NCBI GenBank assembly: GCA_029717555.1
Contig: JAMDHS010000051.1
Span: forward strand, 1 to 64,000
Length of the DNA stretch: 64,000 bases
Direction: 5' to 3'
Source: Peribolospora baueri
Taxonomy: Eukaryota
Within the stretch, counting starts at the first letter, position 1, and each line of letters opens with the position of its first letter. This document shows, in pieces, positions 1 through 12,937 of the stretch. The notes under the pieces were generated by a model that worked only from the letters and a program-made list of their open reading frames with translations, ran no database searches and was not told the DNA's origin. The position numbers were made by a program, and so were the translations under genes.

Positions 1-1340
1 TCTCACGACCCTCAGCGGAGAAGGGCTCGGTGAGCTTCCACCACGGCTTGTTGAAGCGACCGTCCATGATGAGTTCTGTGGAGAGCGAAGATGATCAGGA
101 TCCGTCCGGTTGAGTCTCCAAGTACGGGCGCTTATTTGGCACTCACGAGCAAAGTCGAACGCCTTTGCGAACGGAACCACCTCGTTGAGGACGGCGGGGT
201 CGGCGCTGAGGCAGTTCATCTGCGCCGAAAACGCCATCCTGCCGAAGCTGGCTAGCGTGAAACGGAAGAAGATATCTGGCGAGAGGGTTCGAGTGGGTGT
301 GAGTGCGAGCAAGCGATGGCCAGCGGATGCAGGGCAGACAAGCAACGTTGGGAGAGCGAGGCGGAAGTAGCGCTCACCGGAGAGGTAGACATCCGTGTTC
401 TGCTCGGCGAGGCGGCTCATGAGCTTGGTAAGGACATCGAGCTCGCTGTGCACGACGGTGGCGACGTGGTTCTTAAAGTTGGAGACAGAAAAGATGTGCG
501 AGGCGAGCTTTCGCCAGACGTCGCCGTCGGCGACCTGCGGAGGCAAAGGAGGGTTCGTTAGCGACGGCTGAAGCGAATCGATCCGAAGGCAGGTGGGAAA
601 GAAAAAAAAAACTAACAAAGATGCCGTGTTCGCCCATGACACCACCCATGGCGTCGCGGAAAACTTTGCCTTTGGGGTAGTTTTCAAAGCTGGTCTTTTG
701 GACCCACTCGATGTACTCGGGACGGTTGACGAAGACAATGCGACCGAAGCCGGGCCTGGGAAAGGGAAAGGCGAAGAAGAGTGGCGGTGAGAGGCATGAT
801 CGATGATGGTCGTGAAGTGGAGGCGGACGTGCCATCGAGAACAGGACGCTTACATGGTCGCTGGGAGGACGATCAAGAGGGCGGGGGCGATGGGTAGGTG
901 GGAGGGATCAGCGCGAGCGAGCAGAAACAGGTTTGTGGGGGGGGGACGACGGCTTGGAGGGAGCACTCACCGGTCCAGGGCATGCCGCCCACGCCGGCGG
1001 TCTCCTGGCCTTCACGGCGACGGTCGAGTTGGTTGCGACCGCCGGTCTTGATGATGGCCCATGAGTTGCCGATCAGAGGATGGCTCGGCGGCGAGGGCAG
1101 CTCGGGGCGAGGCCTGTGGGGGATGGGAGGGCGGAAGGAGAAGAGAGGTGAGCGTGGGGGCTCGAGCCGGTGCGAAACGGGGGGGCGGTGTGTGTGAACG
1201 CACGAGGTTCCTATGAGTCGGTCGGGGTATTTGATGAGAAGAAAGATGAAGAAGAGGACGAAGCAAGAGAGGGCGAGGCCAGAGTTGCCGAGGGGGACGC
1301 TGTTGAGGGCGTCGGTGATGGTCATGGTCATGGCGGTCAT
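1..1340 (-). CDS. Cytochrome P450 (CYP86/CYP704-like fatty-acid hydroxylase type), 5' part; multi-exon, runs off the window start
   Basis: Spliced translation: N-terminal TM anchor (LALSCFVLFFIFLL), Pro-rich hinge (PSPPSHPLIGN), then VNRPEYIEWVQKTSFENYPKG..GEHGIF|VADGDVWRKLASHIFS..DIFFRFTLASFGRMAF..PFAKAFDFA. The heme-binding C-terminus lies outside the window. Confidence 0.85.
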
Positions 1341-4102
1341 CGTGACATGATGGCCGGCTGGGTATGATGGGGGTTGGCGGGGAGGGAGGTGGAGTGGGGA
1401 GATGGAGAGAGAGAGCAATTAATAAACGAGCGCCGCGAGTCGAGTCCGGCGCCGGACGAGCACGCGATGGACGTGAGCGATGCGAGTGAGCGCAGCTTGC
1501 TTCTCATTTCGTTGTTTTTTCTTTTATTTTCAGCTTCATCTGCCTGTCGTTCTGTCTTCGCCTTGTGCATCGCTCGCTTCCGTCCGGCTGACCCGGAACG
1601 CGGGGTCCGCTCACTCGTGCGCCGCGACGGAGGCACCAAGCGGAGGCACAACGGAGGCACCGGCGGGGGCGGCATCGGGCGGGGCCCGTCGTTGGGGATT
1701 TCCCCAGACGCCGGGCCGGCGATGGCCGGGGTGGAGGATGAGGATGATGGAGCATGTGTCGAGGGGAGTGCCAAGTCGATAGACGACGACGCGGGGAACG
1801 AGGAGGCGAGCGCGGGGATGAGATGAGTGGCATGGATGATACAAAAAGAAATAACCCTAACCTCCAAAAGGAACGTGTCAAGTGGTGGCAAAGTTTGGGA
1901 CTGAGTGATGCTGGATTACTGCAAGTCTCTGTCCACTACTTTCTTGTGTGCTCAGGTTGTAGCAGGGCAAGGATTGGACGGAAGGTAGGACTGGAGGACT
2001 AGAATGTTTTGGACTGGAGTGCGGGGGGTTAGATGCCAGGCGTCAATCTTGACATGGTATTGAAGAACTGAGCGGTATGAGGATTGAAAAAAAGCATGAG
2101 AAGCAAGAGCGAGAGTGGAAAAAGACTTCCCCTAGCGGCCGGGCCAAGCCTACGAGAGCGCAGTGCGGATGCGACTTGTATTCAGTAATGTCTAATGGCG
2201 CTTGCTGGAGAACTGATCCTCATCTACTCTCTCTCTCTCGATTTTCACAGTCGTTGGGACGCTGTTTCCGTCAAATTCAGGCGTCAGCAAGATTACTTCG
2301 AGACCTAACGGGGAGAGACAAAGCAGGGCACCTACGAGCATGATCGTACAGCGGGCGTGCGGAAAAGGTAAAATCGCCCGCAATAGGCATCTAGCAGAAG
2401 CAGATGTAAGTTCCCGCACGCGGCTCTATTAACGGATGCACTTCTCTACTTCCATCGGCGCGGCCTTACGTATTTCTTGACTCGAGCCGTGGTACCGATG
2501 AGCACGCCGGGCTGCGTCGGGTTCGATGCCACGTCTCGGCAGCAAGACGCCATAATGAGCGCGCTTGTTGAATTTCCACTTTCCCTTCGAGGATTATGGA
2601 TGCATCCTTGACAGCGCTTCAAAGCTCTCTGCGCATGGCTATAGGGGCAATTGCGATTTACGGACCTGCCCGGCGATCTTCAATCACCCGCAAGAATACC
2701 CGCACCCACTTCACATCTTCATCTTCCTGGCAGTTTGACTCTTCGTCCCGCCGGGCATACTCAACTCCAGTGACCTCCAATCGTAGTTTCAGCAGCCTTT
2801 CTCTAGTTATAACGAGCAACACAAGAGGGGTCGATATCGAGGGTACCGGTCCAAGCGAACAGACATACGCATCGTATTTCGAGCATATCGGTCTATTTTT
2901 TTAAAGAAAGCCACTGTCGCCGACGTGTCAAGCCTGGGCCCATCTTCAATGAAGTGAACGATATTCTGCTGCGTGTCATTGAATTTGGGGATGCGACGCA
3001 GGTGAAAGAGCCGGAAAGAACCGACCCAATGGTGGAGTTGCTCTCTCGTTCGTCTTGGTTGACATGATATCTACAGTTTCATTCTGTTGCCGCCCTCGCA
3101 TGGAGGGTCATCTCGGTGGCGTATAATGTGGTACTCTTGTTCGTGACTGATGGCGTAATATATGCTTGAAGCTCATCCGTGTCGTGTTTCGCCCGTGCGG
3201 CGCTTTGGCGGGCACCAGCTCTTCCGAGAACAATCGCAGCAAGATGCCCAGCTCCACAAGCTGAGCAATCAAATTGCCCATATTCCAAAAGGATCGACTG
3301 GACGAAGCACCAGGTCGCGTTGAGGGTCTTGAACGTAGCGTTGAGATCCATGACGGAGAAGGCAATGCAAAGTGTAAAGGTCGTCATTTAAATGGAAAGT
3401 TCTCCCCCCATAAGGATACTCAGTTATGAATGAATTGTATTCTGACGTCAGACGTTGATGTGGCGGCAAACGATCCCGTGCACACTGCATATGGCGCTCA
3501 GTCCCGCAGCAGGATCGCAGAATTCAATGCCGCTTCTGCAAAATTGAAAAAAAAAAAAAAATTTTAAATACCTTGGGGACGTCCAATCTTCCGGCTGTAT
3601 CCAGTTTTCCAAGGCCATGTTCGTCGTAGTAGTCCTGGGCGCCTTGAACAACTGCATGAGTCTCTTATTTCAGGGAGAAGGTGCTGACGGTGCCGAAATT
3701 CTCCCGAGGGCCAGTAGACGGCCACAACGTGTACGAACGTGCCACGTCCCTTCCTTCAAACGTCTCCTTTTTTTCGGGGGCTTGATGCCATGAGCCTGTT
3801 AAATGCCATCGACTATCGTTCGATTTTTGAGTTTACCAAACGTTGGTATCAAAGTGGATCGAAGTGAGTCATCTCATCGGCCGCCTCGACTACTATCAGG
3901 CGAATGACTCGTGTGGTCATCAGACAAGATGTCGATCACCTCCAAGAGCTCATCCAACCGTGAGGATCGCAGACGGTCGCAAGTGGTTGTCACACCTCCC
4001 CTCTGGTATCGGCGTGATGACTCCCGCCTTGTTCGTATGCGCTCTAAATCCACCCTTACTGGCGCGTGGGCCGGTTCTCGGTTCATTCCTCGCTTCTGCA
4101 TT

Positions 4103-4333
4103 CATTCTTCATCGTAGACGAGCGGTATCTTCGCCGCCCACCTGACGCCGTCGGCGAACTCGAGACACCTGACCGCGTTGAAAGCCCCATAACCCGGTTG
4201 CAAGACGGCACAAGATGCCGTCGCCGCGGAGTGCAGACGCGACCTGCACCAGTGCGGTGAGATCTACGTGTGCGCGAAAAGCGGCGAGCGCGCCCAACTG
4301 CGAAGACGTGTCGGAGGAGTGGGACCGGCTCAT
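4103..4333 (-). pseudogene. Relic of an APH/kinase-like phosphotransferase N-terminus
   Basis: VDLTALVQVASALRGDGILCRL, then after a frameshift FNAVRCLEFADGVRWAAKIPLVYDEE*. This resembles the N-lobe of fungal phosphotransferase-family proteins. No catalytic HGDL/IDW region found downstream. Confidence 0.55.
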
Positions 4334-4794
4334 GGTTTGTTGGTGTTGGTGTTAGAGCTTGTGCTGGTTGAGGTCAGGCCATGATAAGAAGAAGAAAGGT
4401 TGTGGAGAGGAAGAATGGTACGTGTGTCGAATGAGGCTCTGCTGCGGAGTGGACAAATAAAGTTTGTGAATATAAGGGCGTGACGGACGAGTTGCCGCTT
4501 TCCACGTGGCTTTCCCGTTGCCTCCGCCTTGCTGTGGTCGGCGCTCACCGCTCGGGCGACGTCGAGTCCGGTCCGGTCGCGTGTGGAAGCTTCGCGGCGA
4601 CGATGACGGCGACGGCGACGCGCAAGGGCCTGTTTTCAGGAAGTACTTCTACTACCATCACCAGTGGCGACCTGGGAGTAGCCCTCCCTCTTCAGTGACG
4701 CCCCCACCACCACCGGCCTGGTCGTCTTCCCGTCAGCGGCCGCCACCTTCTGATCGAACCGACGCCGCCACCTCCCTTTTCTCAGCCCTCCGCC

Positions 4795-5925
4795 ATGTCT
4801 ATGCTATTCATCGGCGAGCACTGCTCGCTCGCTGAATGTAACCGCGAGGACTTTCTTCCCATCAAGTGTCAGCATTGTTCCAAGAGGTAGTCCGTTTTTC
4901 TGTTCGCTCTGGTCCATCCATCGACGTTTCTTTGCGTGGCGCCCATGCTGACTCGCCTTTCATCCCGTCGCCCTTCCTCGGCCGCAACCAGCTATTGCTC
5001 AAATCATTACACACCCGCTTCCCACTCCTGCCCATCTTACGGTGCACTTCAACACGATGTACGCGTGCCCATTTGTCCCCTCTGCAACGCCACAGTCAAG
5101 GAATGGAAACGAGGCGAGGACCCGAACATCGCTATGGAGGCGCACATCCTTGGCGAGTGTGAGGTGGTGAGAGCGGACGGGTTGGTGAAGGAGTCCAGCG
5201 ATATCGGAGAGAAGAGAACCCCGTCTCCGAAGCCATCCAACATATGCAGGGAAAAAAGATGCAAGAACAAGATGATCGCGCCAATAGAGGTGAGTTTGTA
5301 TGGCACGGTGGCGGTGGCCGTTGGTCCCCGGCGGAAGAGCGGCGAGGAGTCATCGTTCTCACTTTTTTTCTTGTTTGCACCTTATATTTACCTCACTCAG
5401 TGCCCGTCATGTCACCTCTCCTTCTGCCCCACGCACCGGCTTGCCCGTTCCCACGACTGCTCATCCCTCATTTCAGCATCATCCCCACCCACTTCCCTCC
5501 CGTCATCCAACCAAGTTCAGCGGTCCGGAACAGGTGTTACCGGCGGCGGTCGCAGCATCGGTACTAGAAATACGCCAGCCGCATTGGCCGCTATGCGGCG
5601 AGCGATGGCTTCGGCGTCGGCGTCAGCGTCGGCGTCCAACTCGTTGCCAATGGCAGCGGCGGTGAAACAGGATAAAGGGGCCGATTCGTCCGGGTCTCCA
5701 CGTCCACTCCGCTCCAACAACCTTGCCACCCACCTTTCCTCCCTCCCTCTGTCCAAGACGGAACGGAGAGCGCGTGAAGAACGTCGCTCGGCACTGAAAG
5801 CCCTCAAGGCGAGGCATGAGAGGGGTCTGCTCAGCGAGGCGGAGAAGGTCAAGTTGGCCGAGGGTTTGGCCCTGGAAGCCAAAGAGTCCGAGCGGAGCGG
5901 CAAAGGAGATTGCGTCGTGGTTTAG
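4795..5925 (+). CDS. AN1-type zinc-finger protein (Cuz1/ZFAND2/AIRAP-like) with C-terminal CaaX box
   Basis: Exon 1 MSMLFIGEHCSLAECNREDFLPIKCQHCSK; VPICPLCN..GEDPNIAMEAHI..C; second AN1 finger C..KRC..CPSCHLSFCPTHRL..HDC; ends GKGDCVVV*. Confidence 0.9.
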
Positions 5926-6361
5926 ACGGGGACGTGTGGGCCAGTACTTGGAGTCAAGACGGGACCCGTTCCATGCATATTTTGAATACCCGATCCGTTG
6001 TAACATTATTGCTCAGTGCTCTGCTCCAATTCACGGCCGACAGACGCAGTCGGCATCTTGTACAAGCAATCTAGACGGGTATCGAAGGACACATTTCGAT
6101 AAGGCTGCCATGAATAGCGTCTCCCACAAAGACTTGAGTGGAGTGAGCGCCGTGTGGGACGATATCGTACGTTTTTTCTCACGAACAGACGGAACAAGCC
6201 GCCATCGCGACCTAAGTGGCGTGTACGTCCGGTGACGACGTCTGGCTGCTCATCTGCCAGTCTGTCCTCATCTCCAGCGCAACGACGCCGCCGCCGTCCA
6301 GAATGCGGTGAACCGGGCGAGCTGCATGCCTTGGAGGTTCCACCCGCTATCACCGTCAGTG

Positions 6362-9057
6362 CTAGTCCCACACGGCGCCCAAGCCCATCCCAATGCCTTT
6401 ATCCGCCGTCCCTCCGTAGCCAGCGCCCGTGCCCGAGGCGGCAGGACTCCAGGGCGCAGAAGCGGCCGCCTTCCTCGCAGCTGTGGAAGATGGGGTCAGC
6501 TTCGCCTTGGCCTCCGGCCGAGAGGGACCCTTGACCTCGATGATGCGGACGACGGAGGTTTTGGACTTTTTGTCGCTCTTGTCGTCGACACGAGTCGGAG
6601 TCGCCGATGTCTCCTCTGGCTTCGACCTGTCATTGCCCTTGGACGACTTGGATGAGACCTTCTTCCTGGACACCGCTTGGTCCTTGTCCTTGTTGGTCGT
6701 GCTGGGCGCCAAGCGTTTCGCGTCCGTACCCTTTTCGCCGGCAATCCCGACAGGGAGTGGCTCGGCGTCCCAAGCTTGACGCCGTTTGCGCTTCTTCTCT
6801 TTCCTGTCCCTCCTTTCCGTGTTGACGGCGCTGACGTCATCAACGGGGCCCTTGTTGACCACCATCTCGGTCATTCCCTTTGACTTCCTCGCCCTACGCT
6901 CTTGTTCTGCGCCCCCACCAGCCCGTGCCGGTTCGTCCACCGCATCCGCACCTGCGTCTTTTTGCCGAGTTCCAAACGATGAGGAAGGCTCCGGCTCGGC
7001 AGGCTCGCCACGACCATCTCGCGTCGCCTCGGACACGCGTTTCCCGCTCCCGCCTCTCCTGCCTCGTTTGTTCTTCTTCTTATCCTCCCTTTGGTCCTTC
7101 CCGCCGTCTCTGGTGGCCGCCGTGGCGATGGGCTGATCCTCGCGAGGCTTCTTCTGCGGACCTGCCTTCCCGGCGAACGTCTGCTTGGAAGGAGAAGCAC
7201 GGGAACCTCGCACTTTTGAACTAGGGCTGAACTGTTCTCGCCCGCTGTCTTCCTCGTCATCGTCGGCAGACAAGCCTGGCGGAGGAGGACCCGCGCGCGA
7301 CCTTAGACGGTCCATGACGGGATCGTCATCCTCTGAGGTGGATGCCTCCTCTTTCGTGTTCACCGCATCCCACAAACGCCCATGCTTGCGAGTCTGGACA
7401 GCCGCCTTTCTCCGATCCTGCCCCTCACTCCTATCCCCAACCTGGCCAACCGCCGCTTCTTCCTCCTCCTCCTCCTCTCGCTTGCGCTTGCCTTGCAACT
7501 TATCTCGGCCTCCGCCGCCGCTGCCGGCTCCTTCCACGCGCTTATTGTCGAGAACCCGGAGAGTCGGATGTCTGGCCAGGAGCTATGTGAGAAGGCGTAG
7601 AGAGGGTTAGCATCGACTAGAGTGGCAAAAAAAAATAAGGTCTCACCTTGTCTCTCCAACCCACAACGCCTACGACCCCGTTCCCCTCGATCCTTAAATT
7701 CACCAGCCCTTTCTCCATCCTCGCAAACCTTCCCTTCTGCCCTTTGCTGACCTTCCCTTCCCCCTCTTTACCATGCGTCGCCCGCTCTGCACTGCCAAGA
7801 CCGTTAGAAGTGGTGCCACTGCGGCCGCGCTCAGTGAGCAGAGCGTCGACGGCACGTAGATCTTCCAATCCGCAGTGCGCGAGGTCAAGGATCTCCAGTC
7901 CCGTTCCCGGCTTCGACACAGGGCCCGCTCCACCTCTGGCCGTACCCATGCTGGTGCCCCAGGCGGCAAGATGGAGGGGTAGAGAAACTATGCCAGGGTT
8001 GTCGTTCAATCGCACTTCGCGGAGATGTTTGAGCGAAGAGAGATCTGGAAGGCCGCGTTCGCCATGGGCACCGTCCTCGTGAGCGAGTTGATTGTGAGCG
8101 GCACCAAGCTTTTTCAGCGCAGGGAGGGTGAGGAGGGTGTTTGGGAGGGCACGGAGGCGATTGTGTGAAATGACTGGGAGGGTGAGAGGAGAGACGATGG
8201 AAGGTGACATGAGTGCATACGTCGAGACGTGCCTGCACGTCAAAGACTGACCACATGAGGCACCGCACATCTACTCACCCAGCGTGTTCAAGTCGGCCAT
8301 TCCTTCAATAAACTCGAGCTTTTCGATGCGATTGTGCGACACGACCAGCGCCTTGAGCGACCGCAGCGAGGAAAGCTGTGGGGGAAGGACGGGTAGGGAG
8401 CAGTGAGAGGCGTTGAGAACTGCAAAAGAAGGGATAGGGGGCGAGGAATAAAAAAGGGAGATGAGGAGAGGAAGGGAAACCGAGTTGATTGACAGCTACA
8501 AAGGACAGATGCTGAATGCGGCCGTGGACGACTGGAGCCGGGAACTACTCACCGAACAAATTCTTAAAGACCTCCAGCCCATTCCAAGCCCCCGTTCCAT
8601 CCCCCTCCCCCAAGGCTGGGTTGCCACTGACATTGAGCCAGGTGAGCTTGTCAGCAAATCCGCCACCGGGTGCGGCGGCCGCCTTGGCGAGCCAGGAGAG
8701 GCTGCTCAGACCAGTGTTGGAAAGGTCGAGCTTGTGGAGCTGGGAAAACGCGGAGAGAGTCGTGGTGAGGTGGGAGAGTGGGGGCAGCGGGTGATTAGCG
8801 AGGGAAAGCGCGGCGGCGGATTCGGGGAGGGAAGTGACAGGCGGACGGGGCTTGGAAGGTCCTTGACCGTCGTTGTCGCCATCACCATCGCTGTCGTCTT
8901 CCTTCTCCTCCGCCTTCTCCGCCGCATTTCCCTTCTTTTTCCTGGCGTCCTCGTACTTGTGGCGCTCTGACCCCTCCAATCTGCGCTTCTTAGGTTTGGG
9001 GCGAGGATGAGAGGGCGCAGAGAGCGGCATGGTGCGAGTCGAGGTGTAGGCAGGCAT
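6362..9057 (-). CDS. Leucine-rich-repeat protein with long Lys/Arg/Glu-rich tail (probably nuclear/nucleolar)
   Basis: LRR units LHKLDLSNTGLSSL, LTWLNVSGN, LKALVVSHNRI, LKKLGAAHNQL, LREVRLNDN, LEILDLAHCGL, LVNLRIEGN across spliced exons; NLS-like PKPKKRR. Start is ATG 9057 or 9030. Confidence 0.8.
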
Positions 9058-10200
9058 CCTGCGACTGCGAGAATCGCACCTCATCCAGTGGCCGTCTCGA
9101 CTTTTTTCGATCACCCCGATCGTGCCGCAGTCGGGAGGAAACGCAGATTCCCGCCCGAAAATCTGTTATCCCCGGCGCAATTTTGGGTCACGTGATGTTT
9201 TCGTCGCGTCCTCTACTCCCTCGCACCGTCCGCTCTTCCTCCTCTCCTTTCTCTCTCCGTCCAATTGCATTTTGGCGCAATAACTCCCGCACCCACAGGC
9301 CTACAAACTATATACGAGGGTTCCGAGCCCCCTCCAGATTTCCGTCAACCTTCACCTGCAGAGATCGATGGTATAGTGCGCTATGTTCGGTCTACAGAAC
9401 GCCTTGACACGGACCCATTGTGCGCAATCGATGTAATGACCCGGCTTCCCCAAAATAGGGATAAGATTTATCTGTACGTGTCTCTCGACTCTCCGCTTGG
9501 ACGAGGTTTTTCCTGGTATCTTGCCTACTTATTCAATTTGCTTATCTGGCTGTGCAATTACTCTCCTCATGATGAGAGTGCCATCCCACCAACTTCCTTT
9601 CGGCTTGCAGCATCAATTCCATATTCTCTTGACTGTCTTGTCCTCTACTCGGGTCATCACGGCATTGGGCTGGATTCTTCATGGCATCACAAGAATGAGG
9701 CTCATGCTAATTTTCGGGCGGGAATCTGCGTTGCCCGCATTTGTAAATGTATCATGACGGACCGCTCCAGCACTTCCCATCATTCTCGCCCGGGCACGCA
9801 CTGGACGTAGGGACCAGCGTGTGGGTGGTGCATACCAGCAAACCTCGTCAAATGGCCTTTTTTGTTGTGCAACCGGTCTGTATCTCACTGACGGTGTGCG
9901 CAACTCGGCTCGCGAATCAAGTCACGTCATGTCGAAAAATGCCCGGCATACGGTGACGGATACGGCAGACACGATAATGGGGAACGACTGAAACGCGGGG
10001 AAACGATAGGAAGACGCTGGTTCTCGTAGCTACGTCCGGCATGCGAGGTAAGAGGGCGGCATAGATTGTTGCGTGTGTTGTAAAGGGTCCGTGCGGAGCT
10101 GGCCCTGAACACGGACATGGATGATGAACAGAAGCTCGCTCTGGTAAAGGACGACCAAGTCAGTGATCCTCTCCCCCTTCCCGCCCTTGCTCTACACCCT

Positions 10201-10969
10201 TCACAGCGCCTCTCCCCGACCCGCAGACTGCGCGTGCCTCCAAATTCGGAGCGCCTCAGCTGCTTCCGTCCGCCACCCACATCTCCGGACCGCCTCCTCG
10301 TAGGTCACCATCTCCCTCCGCCGCTCGTGCGCCTCTGGCCACCACGCCGCCGCCTCGTGCCCGTCCATGATCAGCTCCACGATATCGTACACCGCCCGGG
10401 GCACAAAGTCCGGATCGGCAGCGGATCGGCCCCGGGAGCGCTTGTGTGGCTTCGCGTCGGGGAGGGTGGCGATCTGGCGGAGAGGGGTGGCGCGGATGCC
10501 GGCTGGACGGAGAGCAAGGTCGTGGCGAGGAGAGGGGCGAGGCAAATGTGCAAATATAGGAGAGAGGGGCAAATAAGAGGAAGACGAGATCAGAGGCAGA
10601 GAGAACGTATCATAGGGCAATCGAATAAAACAGAAAGCGTGTCACTGCAGCTCTCGTCGAAACGTCATTCAGTCATTCGTCTCCACCTGCGACCTGCCCA
10701 CCTTCTTCCCAGGCCTCCCTCTTGGCCGCCTCCTCCGCGCTCTCCCCGGCCTCGATCCCGCCCTTCGGGAGAACCCATCTGCCCTCATGCTTCCGGGACG
10801 TAACGACACATATGAGCGCTTTCTCCTCGTCCTCCTCCCTGACGGATCCCGGAAGAGACGTGGTGGCGGTGGTGGGAGGCGGCATGGATATCGTCGGATG
10901 GAAGACTGCGATGGCCACGCTGACTCTCCGAGGAAGACCAAAAGGCTGGGGCACGCCCTGCTCTGCCAT
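10201..10969 (-). CDS. Nudix hydrolase, DDP1/Aps1-like diphosphoinositol polyphosphate phosphohydrolase
   Basis: VTSRKHEGRWVLPKGGIEAGESAEEAAKREAWEE(A)G Nudix box split by one intron; C-terminal WPEAHERRRE motif. Confidence 0.85.
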
Positions 10970-11386
10970 GGTGTCAGTCGATCTGCAGAGAGTGTGGACG
11001 AGGTAGACCGAGATGTAGTTATGACATAGGCGACCGCGTGACGCGCTGCAGGCGATCTGATCAGGTTAGCATCACTCGTTCCTGAGTTTATCGTCATCGT
11101 ACCATGTATGATCGTCATCGCTCGCGGTTCCTCACCATCGTTCCTCATCATCGTACCCTATGTCTGCTCATCCTTTCGCCCGTTTCATCATCATTACCCG
11201 TGTTTCTTTTCAATGCTCGGTTGATTCTTTCTTCGAGCTCCTACGGCCGACGGTCGGCAATGGACAAAAAAAAGGTACAACGTGGAGAATCTGACAAAGC
11301 TACAGTGCCCTACGAATACAAAAAGTTGACTGGACTTTAAGGCGAGCATTATACATCTTGTATCGTCGGATGCTGTCAGTCAAGGC

Positions 11387-11859
11387 TCAGACGACGCCGC
11401 CGTCAGAACCCTGCTTCTTGGCCGTTCCATCGGCAACCTTGTCGGGGTTGTTGGTCACCTTGCCGATGATCTCCTGGACGGTGCCCCCGACCCTGCTGCC
11501 CAAACCGGGCTTGCCCTCAGCCTCCTTCTTGTTCTCGTGCTTGCCCGCCTCGTCTCCGCTGGATGAAAGGAGAAAGTCGAAGACCGTTTGTCAGGCCGTC
11601 TATTCCCCGCCCAAGTCCCTCTTCGCGCCTAAACGAGGAAGGAACGATGGCACTCACATAAATCCGCCGACAGCAGCATCGCGGAGCGTATGGCCTTTTC
11701 CTTCGTGGTGACCGTAAGCGCCTCCAGCGAGGGCACCGCCGGCAGCGTCTTCCTTAGTGTTGTGACTAAGACGACAAAGTGAAAATCAGAAGGGCTAAGA
11801 TGGCAAGAAACAAATAACTGGGAAACGAGGCGTGGTCGGACGAACACTACTCACGACAT
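11387..11859 (-). CDS. Small 94-aa Gly-rich hydrophilin/CsbD-like stress protein (3 exons: 11855-11859, 11658-11765, 11387-11558)
   Basis: Spliced: MSHNTKEDAAGGALAGGAYGHHEGKGHTLRDAAVGGFIGDEAGKHENKKEAEGKPGLGSRVGGTVQEIIGKVTNNPDKVADGTAKKQGSDGGVV*. Canonical gtgagt donors, 285 nt in frame, TATA-like run near 11976-11984. Not in the ORF track. Confidence 0.8.
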
Positions 11860-12820
11860 GCTTTGAGATGGGTCGATGGAGTAAACGTGTAGACGGCTTG
11901 TACAAGTTTTGTAGTAAGGTGGGAGTCCTTGTAGAGATGGAGAAAGGGAAAGGGAGAGTAGCTGACGGGCTGAGATTATATATACATGATCCTCGCCACC
12001 GTCCAGGATGGACAACGAGGCGTTGGGCGTCATTTCTCAGCAGGCGAGCGTCATCGACGTCGGTCGACCATCGATCGTTCGTTGGCACCACGCTAATGGT
12101 CAGATAAACGTCGAGTATGAGCCATTTCGTCACCGTCGGTCGCCTATCCTCGCCATCGGCCTCCTTACGATCGTGACGAAAGAACGGCGCCTCCTCTGTG
12201 TGCTAGGCCCCAACCTCGCGCTTGCCATGGCACGTAACGCTGGAGAACTTAATCAAACCGGTCCAACTCGCGGCGGTGCGAGAAGGAGAAAAAGACTACG
12301 TCAAAGTTCGTCCATGACCTCAACGACGGACATCCAAACCAGGCGGCGTAGGTTAGCTGCCCAGCAAGCGTCATGTTACGTCACCCCCAGCGAGCGACGT
12401 TCCATGTTCAACTTGATCCCCTTCTCGCCGCCCGACCGTGTATGACTCCAGCCGTTGTTCGTTCGCAGTCAACCTTTTCGCCTCTAGACAGATTACACGC
12501 TTACCCACAACAAAGATGTCAAACAAGCCCGACAAAGCACTCCTCATCTGCTAGCTTCGAAGCTTGCCGAAGCCGCCACACCATATAGGTTAACGGACTG
12601 ATAACAGCGATGGCAAGGTGAGCCATGCACCGAACCATGGTCGTGATAAGAGCGCTGGGGAGCGCCGACCTCTCAGTCGTCGGTCCGTCCTCGACACCAG
12701 GCCGTAGACGTTGCCTTTACGGCGCGATGCCATGTTCGGTGGCATCCTCAGGCCATTCGAAAGTTGACTTTGTCATTTCGCATCCTTCTCCCTCCCATCC
12801 ATCACTTCTCTTTACCCCAT

Positions 12821-12937
12821 CTAAAAATGCTTGGACGACGCGCCGACCCAGCTCTGCACGACCGGCGTGTCGATGAGGCCGTCGTTCATGATGTGAGCCA
12901 CATGAATACCTTTGGGGCCCCATTCCCTGGCGAAGGA
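12821..12937 (-). pseudogene. Orphan exon of a short-chain dehydrogenase/reductase
   Basis: After a pyrimidine tract and cag acceptor it reads SFAREWGPKGIHVAHIMNDGLIDTPVVQSWVG..F*, a typical SDR segment following the YxxxK motif. No other SDR exons recognised. Confidence 0.6.

Noticed and set aside
9195..9810. Possible small gene divergent from the LRR gene
   Set aside because: Partly protein-like frame, but no consistent start/splice model or recognisable family.
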